Below the pieces are notes generated by a model, which was given only the letters and a program-made list of their open reading frames with translations, did not search any database and was not told where the DNA came from. 36,337 bases of DNA from the NCBI GenBank assembly GCA_030587475.2, contig JAUQYZ020000050.1, positions 1-36,337 on the forward strand, in the 5' to 3' direction. Position numbers and translations under genes: made by a program. Positions 1 to 8,904 of this stretch are shown here, one piece after another. This stretch comes from Candidatus Sigynarchaeum calidifontis. Lineage in GTDB: Archaea; Asgardarchaeota; Lokiarchaeia; Sigyniarchaeales; Sigyniarchaeaceae. Numbering within the stretch: position 1 is the first letter of the stretch; each line of letters begins with the position of its first letter.

Positions 1-2
1 CA

Positions 3-830
3 ACAGAGGAGCAACCGATGGTGCTTTAGATCAATAATAATTTGTTTGCGCTGGGTATTGCCGTCTTCAGGGGCATGAACGTGTTTAATATCGAAGCGAC
101 CGCAACTGGCGTCAAGGCAACCACTGTGCCCGCTAGCACGCCGAAAGACGCGATAGACAAGACCGAGAAGACCGTCCACGAGGCCGAGTTATGTCTCGTT
201 TCGATCGGGCGAGCGAAAGTGTCGCAGAATTTGGGCCTGGAGCAGCTCGGCGTAAAGGTCGAGAAATCGCAGGTCATGATCAACAAGGACACGTGCGAGA
301 CCGACGTGAAGGGTATCTACGCGATAGGCGACGTGACGGGCGTGTTTATGCTCGCGCACGTGGCATCCCACCAGGGAGACGTTGCAGTCGCAAATGCACT
401 CGCTAGCATCGGCGGTTTCGATGTCAAACCCCGGGTCGCGAATTATAGCTGCATCCCCTACACGATCTTCACCAGTCCGAACATAGGTTCCGTAGGCCTG
501 CGTGAAAAAGCAGCGAAAGACAAGCACGGGTCGGTGAACGTCGGTCGATTCTTCTACGCGAGTTTGGGTAAAGCAAAATGCATGGGCGAGGAAGAAGGCT
601 TCATGATGGTGGTTGCCGATGCGAATACCGACCAGATCGTCGGGGCGACGTGCATCGGTGCGGAGGCGCCCGAGCTCATATCGGAGATCACCGTCGCCAT
701 GCACCACAAGATCAAGGTGCACGAGCTCGGCGAGGTCGTCCACAGCCACCCGACCATCTCGGAGATGGTGCTCGAAACGGTCGAGGACGTGCATGGCATG
801 GCCATCCATAAAGTCGGCCGTCGCAAGTGA
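3..830 (+). CDS. lpdA: Dihydrolipoyl dehydrogenase (pyridine nucleotide-disulfide oxidoreductase), C-terminal part; gene begins upstream of the window
   Basis: GIYAIGDV, MLAHVASHQG, IPYTIFTSPNIGSVG and C-terminal HSHPTISE motifs of class-I flavoprotein disulfide reductases. The N-terminal FAD-binding/CxxxxC region is absent. There is an in-frame TAG at 27-29 near the window edge. Confidence 0.85.
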
Positions 831-984
831 TCTGTGTCGAGACACGCCGGCATGACCCATCCGTCTTTTCTTTTTTCAACTTTACTTTTCTCTCGATACA
901 CTTTCTCGTGCCGGCAGCGAAAATCACATTTTTAATCCAGCGACAAGACGTTAATACATGTTCTAAATGGAAACGGAAGTTACC

Positions 985-2454
985 ATGAAGGTCGTGCTCG
1001 TTTACCCGAATTACCTGGAATCCTTCTACGTAATTCCAACATCTTCTCACTTGCCGATAGGGTTGGCGATGATCGCAGCGGTGCTTCGGGATGCCGGGCA
1101 CGACGTCACCGTGATCGATGCGACCGTACAGAAATTGAACATCCATCGCCTCACGAGGCGGGTCGCGCAGAACCAGCCGGATATCATCGGTATCACTGCA
1201 AACGTGGCGTTCGGCTGGAAAGCCTTGCTCACGGGCAAGTGGTTGAAACGTGCCCTCCCCGCGAGCAAGGTGATCTTCGGCGGTCCCTGGCCATCGACAG
1301 AATATCAAGCGTTGCTCGATCGCGGGGCCGCGGACATCGTCGTGATCGGCGAAGGAGAACGCACCATAGTCGCCCTGCTCGACGCTTTGAAAGCTGGAAC
1401 GCCCTTGGAAAATATAAAGGGCATCGCGTTTAAAGGCTCTGCTGGCATCGTTGCAACCGATAGACCGCCGTTGATCGATGACCTCGACGCGCTTCCATTT
1501 CCTGCATGGGATCTGTTCCCAAGCCCGAGTAAATACGTGATTAGCTCGAAGGGGAAGAGGCATTACCCCATCATGACTTCACGGGGATGCCCGTTCGATT
1601 GCATTAACTGCACGAAGTTCATACACGGGTACAAGATACGAACTCGTTCTATCGAGAACGTGATCGCGGAAATAAAATATTTACGACAGCAATTTCACGC
1701 CGACGAGATCGTATTCATCGACGACGGGTTCAACTTCAACGTCGAACGCACAGAACTGCTGTGCGACGCGATAATAGCACTCGATTTCAAGATCCATATC
1801 CGGTGCCCGAGCATCCGGGCCGACCGGCTCACCCCGCGGCTTGCCTGGAAACTCAAGGAAGCGGGCGCTTATGACGTGGCTGTCGGCATCGAGTCCGGAA
1901 ACCAGGCCATCGTGAATAATATCGGTAAAAACCTCGATCTTCACGCTGCAAAGCGTGCAATACGTTTGTTAAAAAGGCTCCGGATATTGACGATGGGTTT
2001 CTTCATGGTGGGGTTGCCTGGCGAGAATATCCACACGGTTCTCGATACCAAGCGGTTCATCATGGAATCCGGGCTCGACATCGTCGATATCTTCAAGATC
2101 GTGCCAATACCCGGAACCAAGCTCGCAGACATCATCGCCAAGAACGCTATCATCCTTGAAGACCCCCAGAAGCGTATGCAGTTCTATTCATACGACAAGC
2201 CCGTGTTCGAGATGCCCGGTATGCCACGCGAGCTCGTCATGCTCGCCATCAAGGACATGTACCGGTCGTTCTACATGAATGCTCGCAAGCTCTCGTGGTT
2301 TGTAAAACAAGTCGCCGTCACGAATTGGCGATGGTATATGAGCGCGTTTTTGCTCGTTTTGCGTCACGTTTTTCGAAAAGACCCGGAAAGAGGCACGCGA
2401 GACGTGAAGGCGGTCATCCTGGAGAAGATCCGAAAAGGAAAGTCTGACATGTGA
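985..2454 (+). CDS. B12-binding domain / radical SAM protein (class B methyltransferase-like)
   Basis: N-terminal cobalamin-binding domain (PIGLAMIAAVL, VIFGGPWPS, VVIGEGE) and SRGCPFDCINC CxxxCxxC motif. Alternative start at 967. Confidence 0.9.
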   Translation: MKVVLVYPNYLESFYVIPTSSHLPIGLAMIAAVLRDAGHDVTVIDATVQKLNIHRLTRRVAQNQPDIIGITANVAFGWKALLTGKWLKRALPASKVIFGGPWPSTEYQALLDRGAADIVVIGEGERTIVALLDALKAGTPLENIKGIAFKGSAGIVATDRPPLIDDLDALPFPAWDLFPSPSKYVISSKGKRHYPIMTSRGCPFDCINCTKFIHGYKIRTRSIENVIAEIKYLRQQFHADEIVFIDDGFNFNVERTELLCDAIIALDFKIHIRCPSIRADRLTPRLAWKLKEAGAYDVAVGIESGNQAIVNNIGKNLDLHAAKRAIRLLKRLRILTMGFFMVGLPGENIHTVLDTKRFIMESGLDIVDIFKIVPIPGTKLADIIAKNAIILEDPQKRMQFYSYDKPVFEMPGMPRELVMLAIKDMYRSFYMNARKLSWFVKQVAVTNWRWYMSAFLLVLRHVFRKDPERGTRDVKAVILEKIRKGKSDM

Positions 2455-2470
2455 GATGCGGCCAAGCTCT

Positions 2471-3517
2471 TTACAAGATACCGAGCATGGCTAGGAACAG
2501 GATCATGAACGCGCCGACAAGTAGCGGGTTAAGGATGTTGTCCATGATTCGCTTCGAGAAAATATCGATCGCGGCGAACACCAGCGCATTGCCTATACCC
2601 ATGGCAATCACTTGTAGCCAAGATACATCTGGCCACGGTACCGCCACGAACCCGAGCAAGGTCATTGCAAATGCCACGCTGCAACCGGCGAGCAATCCCT
2701 CCCACGACTTGTGCGGACACGCCTTTATCTTGTGCTTCCCGAACTTTTTTCCTATGAGCGACGCGCTTGCATCTGCCAGGCTCTCGACGAGAGCGACCGT
2801 TACGAAGACAGTGAAGGGGCCGAACAAGAAGGGCATGAGGCAGAGCACGACGGGGATGGACGAGATGAGGGCCTGCGCCTCGCTCTCTTTCAGGCTGCTT
2901 GCGAACCACTTGTGTGCCCAGTCCGGCGTTAGCCAGAAAAGCTTGTTGTAATTGATGAGTCGAAGCGTTTCGGCGAGCATGAACATCGCCACGAAAGCGT
3001 AGCCAATGGTAACGATGGCAAAATAGGCGAATCCCCTTTTTGTTACCCCCAAAGGCAAGCTTGGTTCTAATAATATCGACAAGAAGTGTATGATCAAGAT
3101 GACACCCACGGGGATGAGATGCAAGAGCTTGCGGAGCGCGTCACGCTTGGGATCCATCGCGAAGCCCGCGTTTTTTTCCATCAATCGCTTATAACTGCGT
3201 TCTTCCTTGCGTGCTGGGTTCTTCCTTGCAAGGAAGATCTCGCGGACGATGTATCCCGTCAAGAAAAGCAAGAACCCGTAGAGCAGGATATCTGCCAGCA
3301 AGAAAAACGTGTCCTCCCACGTGGACGAAATGCCCGTCGTGCCATACATGAAAGGGAACGTGATGCAGCAGAAGTAATAGATACATGCCATCAAGAAATC
3401 GTTGATCGAGCATTCGCGAAGTTTCGGATCCTTGTAATGCTGAAAGGCGATGATCGTGCTAAACACTCCGAAGGCGAAATACATGACCGAAATAGGTAGG
3501 GCGTACAATGAGACCAT
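2471..3517 (-). CDS. CTP-dependent dolichol/phytol/diacylglycerol kinase-family membrane protein
   Basis: LRKLLHL, ADASASLIGKKFGKHKI, KSWEG and DNILNP motifs plus many TM helices. Start uncertain (3517 or 3535). Confidence 0.75.
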   Translation of the reverse strand: MVSLYALPISVMYFAFGVFSTIIAFQHYKDPKLRECSINDFLMACIYYFCCITFPFMYGTTGISSTWEDTFFLLADILLYGFLLFLTGYIVREIFLARKNPARKEERSYKRLMEKNAGFAMDPKRDALRKLLHLIPVGVILIIHFLSILLEPSLPLGVTKRGFAYFAIVTIGYAFVAMFMLAETLRLINYNKLFWLTPDWAHKWFASSLKESEAQALISSIPVVLCLMPFLFGPFTVFVTVALVESLADASASLIGKKFGKHKIKACPHKSWEGLLAGCSVAFAMTLLGFVAVPWPDVSWLQVIAMGIGNALVFAAIDIFSKRIMDNILNPLLVGAFMILFLAMLGIL

Positions 3518-3692
3518 ACACAACACGCAATTCACGTTGCCAGAACCAAGACTCCGATCTTGCTTGGACTCGATGGGTTAAATGCGTTAGCGCCCTTTAC
3601 ATTCAATTAATAACAATCCGGCCTTTTTTTAATACCCCGACATGACCTGGGTAAAGTTAAGTGAGCTCGGGTGAAGGATATATGGAGCGTCG

Positions 3693-4052
3693 ATGGTCGA
3701 CAAGAATCCCCCAAAACCCGAGGTATCAAAGGATCCTGATGCAATGGTCGATGAAATCCTTGGATATATAGATATCATCAAGAAAAAGCTCGTTGGCGAT
3801 GACTTTTCCACGCTTGCTGCCAAGGTATACAATCTTGAAACTTTTACACCCGAAAAATGCCCTGAATGCGGGAATCTGCGCCAGATTTTCTTCATGCTCT
3901 TGCAACCCGGCGAGAACTTGTTCGATAACGTCGGGCCGGATAAAACCATCACGAACTACAAGTTATTTTGCCTCGAATGCACGAAAAAGATTAACGTGCT
4001 CCCGCCCGGTTCCGGCAAGAAAAAGGCACGGGAAAGGCCTGGGGACGAGTGA
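3693..4052 (+). CDS. Small hypothetical Zn-ribbon protein
   Basis: 119 aa with CPECG and CLEC pairs. GGAG upstream of the ATG. Its TGA overlaps the ATG of the next gene (TGATG). Confidence 0.65.
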   Translation: MVDKNPPKPEVSKDPDAMVDEILGYIDIIKKKLVGDDFSTLAAKVYNLETFTPEKCPECGNLRQIFFMLLQPGENLFDNVGPDKTITNYKLFCLECTKKINVLPPGSGKKKARERPGDE

Positions 4053-4816
4053 TGAGACCAACGGCTGCCCCTGATTCGTTCGAGGACTACGCACGTCACA
4101 ACCACCGGTACCACCCGGCCATCTTGAAAGCTGCAATCGCGTTATTCAAATTGCACCAGGACGATTTTTCCAGTTTATTCGCATCAGATACCGACATCAA
4201 GTTATTTTTCAACGCTATCAAGAACGCCAAGGTCGTGATCCTGAACGCCGGCAAAATCGTCAGTGGCCGGCGGGCGCCGGCGAAGCGAAAGAACCCGTGC
4301 CTGGAGTATTTTTGCTGGTACCCGGAAAAGATTAGCCGTTATTTTAAGTCGCGATCAAATTTCCTCGGTTTTCTTCGATTCGTCCGCGACGTCGATGGAA
4401 GATTACGTTCGGATACCAGGCAATCGAATAATGACAAGGCCACCAAAAAACGTCAGACGGGCGACACGCCATGCTTCATGCTCGCGGACCATCCGATATG
4501 GGCGAGCGGTGTGCTGAACAAGCCGGGCAGGCACGTTGGCAATACATTTGACATGGCGACCTTCGAGGGATTCGTGTTCTTCATGCACGAGGCGTTCCAC
4601 GTCATGCAATGGTTTCGTTCACCGATCAGGCTGCTTTTCGAGTACGTGAAAGCGGTCGTCAAGTCGATAGCGCTGTCTGCCGGGCATATCCCGTGGGCGC
4701 ACGAACTCATCGACTTCGAGGTCGAGGCCATGGTATTCCATAACAAGCTCTGGAAGCTGCTCGATTCGTGGTCGGGCGCCAAAGAATTTCTCTTGACCTT
4801 TGAAAAATATAGGTGA
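4052..4816 (+). CDS. Hypothetical protein with HExxH zincin-like motif (DUF4157-like)
   Basis: MHEAFHVMQW with downstream FEVEA. Translationally coupled to the upstream ORF. Confidence 0.6.
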   Translation: MRPTAAPDSFEDYARHNHRYHPAILKAAIALFKLHQDDFSSLFASDTDIKLFFNAIKNAKVVILNAGKIVSGRRAPAKRKNPCLEYFCWYPEKISRYFKSRSNFLGFLRFVRDVDGRLRSDTRQSNNDKATKKRQTGDTPCFMLADHPIWASGVLNKPGRHVGNTFDMATFEGFVFFMHEAFHVMQWFRSPIRLLFEYVKAVVKSIALSAGHIPWAHELIDFEVEAMVFHNKLWKLLDSWSGAKEFLLTFEKYR

Positions 4817-4834
4817 ATTCAAGTAGAAGAGCGC

Positions 4835-6037
4835 TTATTTTTCCCCGGCGGCGACGGCCTTGAAACGCTCGACGATGAAATCGCAGTGCTGCTTCGTGAG
4901 GAGCGGGTGCGTGTCGATACCGATGAGACGCTTGTTGACCTCCTCGCAGTTCGGGCAAAGGCCTTGCTTGTGCTTGGGCATCTTGAAAGGCAGGAACGAG
5001 TCGCCCTCCTGGAACACCTTGGTCATGTAAAGAGGCTCCGGGTAAAGGATCTTCGTGAATGCATTCTTCCGGTTGAGCGCGTTGACCATTGACTTGCCAT
5101 CCTTGAAACCTAACTTCTCGAACTCCAACAAGCCGCCCCACCAGTTGCAGGAGGGCTCGGCATAGTCGGGCACTTCGGGAACCTTGATTCCCTTCACGTT
5201 CTTGAGTTGCTCGTTGAGGTAAAACCATGCTGCTTGCCGTTTGCGGTTGTTTATTTTCACGACCTTCATCTGCGCGAGGCCAACCGCGGCGGAGAGCTCG
5301 GTTGGACGCAAGTGCCAGCCAAGGCGTGCAAACACGTACCACGAGGACTCGCCGTGGTGGCGCACGATCCTGCATTGCTCGGCCAGCTTGTCATCGTTGG
5401 TCGTGATCATGCCGCCCTCCCCCGTGGTCATGTTCTTGCTCGGGAAGAAGCTGAAGCAGCCCGCGTCGCCGATCGAGCCAACCATCTTGCCCTTGTACTT
5501 GGCGCCATGCGACTGGCACGCGTCCTCCAGGAGGAAAATCCCTTTCTCCTTGCACACCTCCACGAGCGGATCCATGTCGGCGGGCATACCCGCGAGGTGC
5601 ACCGGGATTATGGCCTTGGTCCTTGGGGTTATTTTCTTGATCGCATCGTTCGGGTCCATGTTATAGGTCTTGAGCTCGATGTCGGCGAAAATTGGCATGG
5701 CGTTCGTGTGCAACACGCTGCTGGCCGTGGCCATGAACGTGAACGGGGGCACGATGACCTCGTCGCCTGGGCCGATATCTTTAGCCCGTAAAGCGCAGAA
5801 CAAGGCCGCCGTCCCGGAATTGACAAAGATCGCGTGCTTGACACCTATCCATTCTGCAAATTGCTTCTCGAATTCCTTGTGCGCGAGCCCATCGAGGATG
5901 TCTAAACGCTTGGATTTTAGAACCTTTATGATCTCTTCCAGGGTCGCATCGAATTCGAAACGCTCCTCGTTTAAAAAGTTGAGACTTTCCTCCTTGGAGA
6001 ACTTTTTAATTAGCTTGTCGATTTCCTTTGGATCCAT
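4835..6037 (-). CDS. DegT/DnrJ/EryC1/StrS family PLP-dependent aminotransferase
   Basis: NSGTAAL, IIPVHLAG, EDACQSHGA and FSFFPSKNMTTGEGGMITT (PLP Lys). Alternative start at 6061. Confidence 0.93.
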   Translation of the reverse strand: MDPKEIDKLIKKFSKEESLNFLNEERFEFDATLEEIIKVLKSKRLDILDGLAHKEFEKQFAEWIGVKHAIFVNSGTAALFCALRAKDIGPGDEVIVPPFTFMATASSVLHTNAMPIFADIELKTYNMDPNDAIKKITPRTKAIIPVHLAGMPADMDPLVEVCKEKGIFLLEDACQSHGAKYKGKMVGSIGDAGCFSFFPSKNMTTGEGGMITTNDDKLAEQCRIVRHHGESSWYVFARLGWHLRPTELSAAVGLAQMKVVKINNRKRQAAWFYLNEQLKNVKGIKVPEVPDYAEPSCNWWGGLLEFEKLGFKDGKSMVNALNRKNAFTKILYPEPLYMTKVFQEGDSFLPFKMPKHKQGLCPNCEEVNKRLIGIDTHPLLTKQHCDFIVERFKAVAAGEK

Positions 6038-6199
6038 GGCATTCACTTCGGGTGATGGCATGCAAATAACTTGTTATCGAAACACGTGGCACGTGCTAGA
6101 GTTCCAAAACCGATTTAATACCATATTTCAATAATCGTGATATGTAGTTATACTACACGATTATGTTGTCAAGTGGCCATAACATGCCTTTTTTGTGCT

Positions 6200-6235
6200 A
6201 TGCTTTATATCTATAATGTTTATAAATAACGTCTT
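6200..6235 (+). promoter_or_regulatory. AT-rich archaeal promoter region (TATA boxes) upstream of tbp, divergent from the DegT gene
   Basis: TTTATA at about 6204 and TTTATAAATA at about 6219 in an AT-rich intergenic region. GGTGA SD at 6276-6280 before the tbp ATG. Confidence 0.5.
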
Positions 6236-6288
6236 TTTAAATCAATAATAAAACCGTGTTTTTAAAGCTTCTATCGGTGATTCACCCC

Positions 6289-6951
6289 ATGGCAAAAAAA
6301 CGCACTGCTGCGGCATCGAAAAGTGAGTCCTCTGGCGGGGAAGTAGAGATCAAGCCCGAGTGGAAAATTGAAAATGTAGTGGCTACTGTATCAATCGAAC
6401 TTGAACAACCGGGCGAAAAAATTGATTTGAACCAGATCGCACGCAAATATACAGATTGCGAGTACAATCCGGAGCGCTTTCCTGGGCTGGTCATGCGCGT
6501 CGAGGATCCCAAGGCCACGATCCTCATTTTCAGCACCGGAAAGATGGTCGTGACAGGTTTGCGACAAGCCTCCGAGGCAGAGACCGTCGTGAACAACGTC
6601 ATCAACAAGATGAAGAAAGCGAAGGTCAACATCAAGAACGAGCCGGAGATAACGATCCAGAACATCGTCGCGAGCGGCGACCTCCACACGTCCATCGACC
6701 TCAACGAGGCCGCTATCATCATGGAGAATGCCATGTACGAGCCAGAAGTGTTCCCCGGCCTCATTTACCGCATGCAAGAGCCCAAGACCGTTTTCCTCAT
6801 CTTCAGCACTGGGCGCATCGTGTGCACGGGTGGTAAAACGAAGGAGATCGTCGGCGAGGCGATCGAGAAGCTCGTGCAGCAAGTCAAGGAATACGGCGTC
6901 GCAGGCGATCAAGGCGAGATCGAGGGCGGCGACGATTTCGACTTTATCTAA
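6289..6951 (+). CDS. tbp: TATA-box-binding protein
   Basis: Two TBP repeats: ENVVAT...YNPERFPGLVMR...LIFSTGKMVVTG and QNIVAS...YEPEVFPGLIYR...LIFSTGRIVCTG. Acidic C-terminal tail. Confidence 0.98.
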   Translation: MAKKRTAAASKSESSGGEVEIKPEWKIENVVATVSIELEQPGEKIDLNQIARKYTDCEYNPERFPGLVMRVEDPKATILIFSTGKMVVTGLRQASEAETVVNNVINKMKKAKVNIKNEPEITIQNIVASGDLHTSIDLNEAAIIMENAMYEPEVFPGLIYRMQEPKTVFLIFSTGRIVCTGGKTKEIVGEAIEKLVQQVKEYGVAGDQGEIEGGDDFDFI

Positions 6952-7155
6952 TCCTGCAATTCCTTTCTATTATCAAGAACATGCTTTATCTCTCGATCAA
7001 CCGAGTTTGGCATCGCCGGTTAAATGTTATATGATCACTTCAAGACTGGCAAGGCTTTCCGCGATACTTTATATGATCGCGTTCTCACGCCGAAGGATGC
7101 TTGAAGCCGAATTTTTCTCCTAAATATTAACAAAGAATTAGAAAACAAGAATAAA

Positions 7156-8226
7156 TTAGTTGTCTTTAGATTTTTCGACTTGTTTTTTCAATTTCTTGGA
7201 TTCCTTCGCGATCTGCCTCTTCTGTTTCTCGAGCTCCGCCTTTTTCTTCTCGAGTTCGGCCTTCTCGTCCTTTAAATTCCTGATCTGTTGCTCCTTGCGC
7301 TTGGCCATGATCGGGCCGAGATACCTGCGCAAGTAAATGATCGCGCCGATAAGGAGCCCGGCAAACTGGGCGATATAGGTCCAGATGTAACCACTTTGGA
7401 TTGTCGTGTAGAAGGCCGTGAGGAAAAGCACGAAGGGCATGGTACCCGCGATGGCACTAATGGCGACGCACGCGGCGACGATGATGATGATCTCGTACTT
7501 GAAGGGTTTTCGGTGAGTGAAATAGAAGATGCGTAACCAACCGAAGATAAAAGCGGCACAGATAGGCGTGAACACGAGGGTTCCCGCGCCCAGGAACAGC
7601 ATCATGATGTCAGCGAGATGCTGCCGGATGGTCTTTAAATACTCCTGGAGCCGCTGCTGTTCCGTGATTTCGACCTTCGCATATTCCTTTTTCATCTCGT
7701 ATATTTTCTTCCTGAACCTGTGCTTGATGTTCGTCAATCCCTTCTTGATAATGTCGCCCGTCGTGATGGTCGTGACAGATAAAAAGTCGCCCTTCCATAG
7801 CGGCCGGATGTACAAGCTCCACATGAGCGAGACGATGCCGTAGACGAACAAGACCTTATCGAGCCAATTGTCATCCACAGATTCGCCTCTGGTGATTTTC
7901 ATGACGCCACTAATGATCTTGTAGGGCCCTTGATAAACAAGCAAACCGAAAATGATGAGCACCATGACCACGAGCAATAGCTTCAGCTTTTTCTTGTTTT
8001 CATCGCCCTTGAACCGCGATTCGAGCTTGGTAAGGAGAAATATCGTGACCCCGGCAATGCCTATCACGTTACCGAATCCTGCAAGGAATTTCACGACGAT
8101 CAAGAAGATGACGAGCGTGAAGTGCAAGCTTTTATCGCCGGTCAAAAGTAAAAGGAGCATAACGGCGGTAGTCGCGCCCAGCATCGCGATCCACGTGATC
8201 GCGAGTTTTTTTTCCCACGGATCCAT
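7156..8226 (-). CDS. Hypothetical polytopic membrane protein with C-terminal Lys/Glu-rich coiled coil
   Basis: About 7 hydrophobic segments. The C-terminus EKAELEKKKAELEKQKRQ has heptad character. Confidence 0.75.
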   Translation of the reverse strand: MDPWEKKLAITWIAMLGATTAVMLLLLLTGDKSLHFTLVIFLIVVKFLAGFGNVIGIAGVTIFLLTKLESRFKGDENKKKLKLLLVVMVLIIFGLLVYQGPYKIISGVMKITRGESVDDNWLDKVLFVYGIVSLMWSLYIRPLWKGDFLSVTTITTGDIIKKGLTNIKHRFRKKIYEMKKEYAKVEITEQQRLQEYLKTIRQHLADIMMLFLGAGTLVFTPICAAFIFGWLRIFYFTHRKPFKYEIIIIVAACVAISAIAGTMPFVLFLTAFYTTIQSGYIWTYIAQFAGLLIGAIIYLRRYLGPIMAKRKEQQIRNLKDEKAELEKKKAELEKQKRQIAKESKKLKKQVEKSKDN

Positions 8227-8362
8227 GATTTTTCACTTGCATCAAAGCCGATGATTTGATCAAAGCTGCAAGCATTATTGATTGTTTAGGCACCCGCATT
8301 AGCTTGGATAACGGGAACCACATCTCGCCTTTTTTTTTATAAGCAAAATGTTAATTCCCCCA

Positions 8363-8397
8363 CGAAAGTTTTATTGCTTGTGCAAGTCAATTGCACA
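8363..8397 (+). promoter_or_regulatory. BRE/TATA promoter plus palindromic operator TGTGCAA-N5-TTGCACA
   Basis: CGAAAG-TTTTATT at 8363-8375, followed by a perfect 7-bp inverted repeat at 8379-8385 / 8391-8397. Confidence 0.55.
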
Positions 8398-8454
8398 CGT
8401 TCACGCGTGAGGATTGATCCAAATCGCGTGGATACATTTCACGAGGAAACCAAT

Positions 8455-8769
8455 ATGAAGATTACCACGTCTTCACAAGCAAAAGAATACATCGAGAACG
8501 AGGAAAAGAAACGCGGCAAGCAATGTGTCATCGCAATCGCGGAATCGCAATATCGCAGTTGATCGGGCGCGGTCTGTAGCACCATCGTTGTCGATCTCGT
8601 TGACTCTGATGCTTTCTATCTCGAAAGTCACCGGGACGAGTTCACCAGGGAAGATGGTGGCTTCAGGCCCGTGTACGTCCTCAACAGCGTCCGGAAAAGC
8701 ATCCCCGAAACGTTCGAGGTTGACGCGTATGGTTGGGGGCCATTTAAATCCCTGGTCTTACGCCGGTGA
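8455..8769 (+). CDS. Putative selenoprotein (HesB-like / CC-Se-type small protein), 104 aa, in-frame UGA (8560-8562) read as Sec36
   Basis: GAGG SD and ATG at 8455. The frame stays open for 68 codons after the UGA: MKITTSSQAKEYIENEEKKRGKQCVIAIAESQYRS-U-SGAVCSTIVVDLVDSDAFYLESHRDEFTREDGGFRPVYVLNSVRKSIPETFEVDAYGWGPFKSLVLRR. The N-terminus follows the HesB/IscA-like pattern. A SECIS-like hairpin lies immediately downstream. Confidence 0.8.
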
Positions 8770-8778
8770 TTTCCCGTG

Positions 8779-8850
8779 ATCCCGCTCCGATGATCCCGCC
8801 CCGTCAAACGAACGGGGGGTGGGGGACGGGGACTGCAAGTCCCGCGGGAT
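8779..8850 (+). promoter_or_regulatory. Eukaryote-like SECIS element in the 3' UTR
   Basis: Helix I CTCCG(8785-89)/CGGGG(8827-31). Core ATGA(8790-93) opposite GA(8825-26). Helix II TCCCGCCCC(8794-8802)/GGGGTGGGG(8816-24). Apical AAA at 8806-08, 12 nt after ATGA. Outer helix ATCCCGC(8779-85)/GCGGGAT(8844-50). Confidence 0.8.
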
Positions 8851-8904
8851 TTTTTATCTCGATGATTGTCACGAAAACGAAGTGAATATCAAAGGTGCAG
8901 GCAC

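Noticed and set aside
27-29. In-frame TAG in lpdA as possible pyrrolysine or stop recoding
   Set aside because: It lies in a non-catalytic region at the window edge, and the surrounding sequence (AAT AAT AAT, unusual residues) looks like low-quality or contig-end sequence. Other genes here use TAG as a normal stop.
8767-8769. Second UGA as another Sec codon
   Set aside because: It lies only about 20 nt from the SECIS core, and read-through would run into the hairpin and stop again 8 codons later. Treated as the true stop.
8525-8779. 84-aa ORF MSSQSRNRN... from the ORF track as the real gene
   Set aside because: Ser/Thr-rich off-frame composition with no SD. The UGA-readthrough frame explains the region better.
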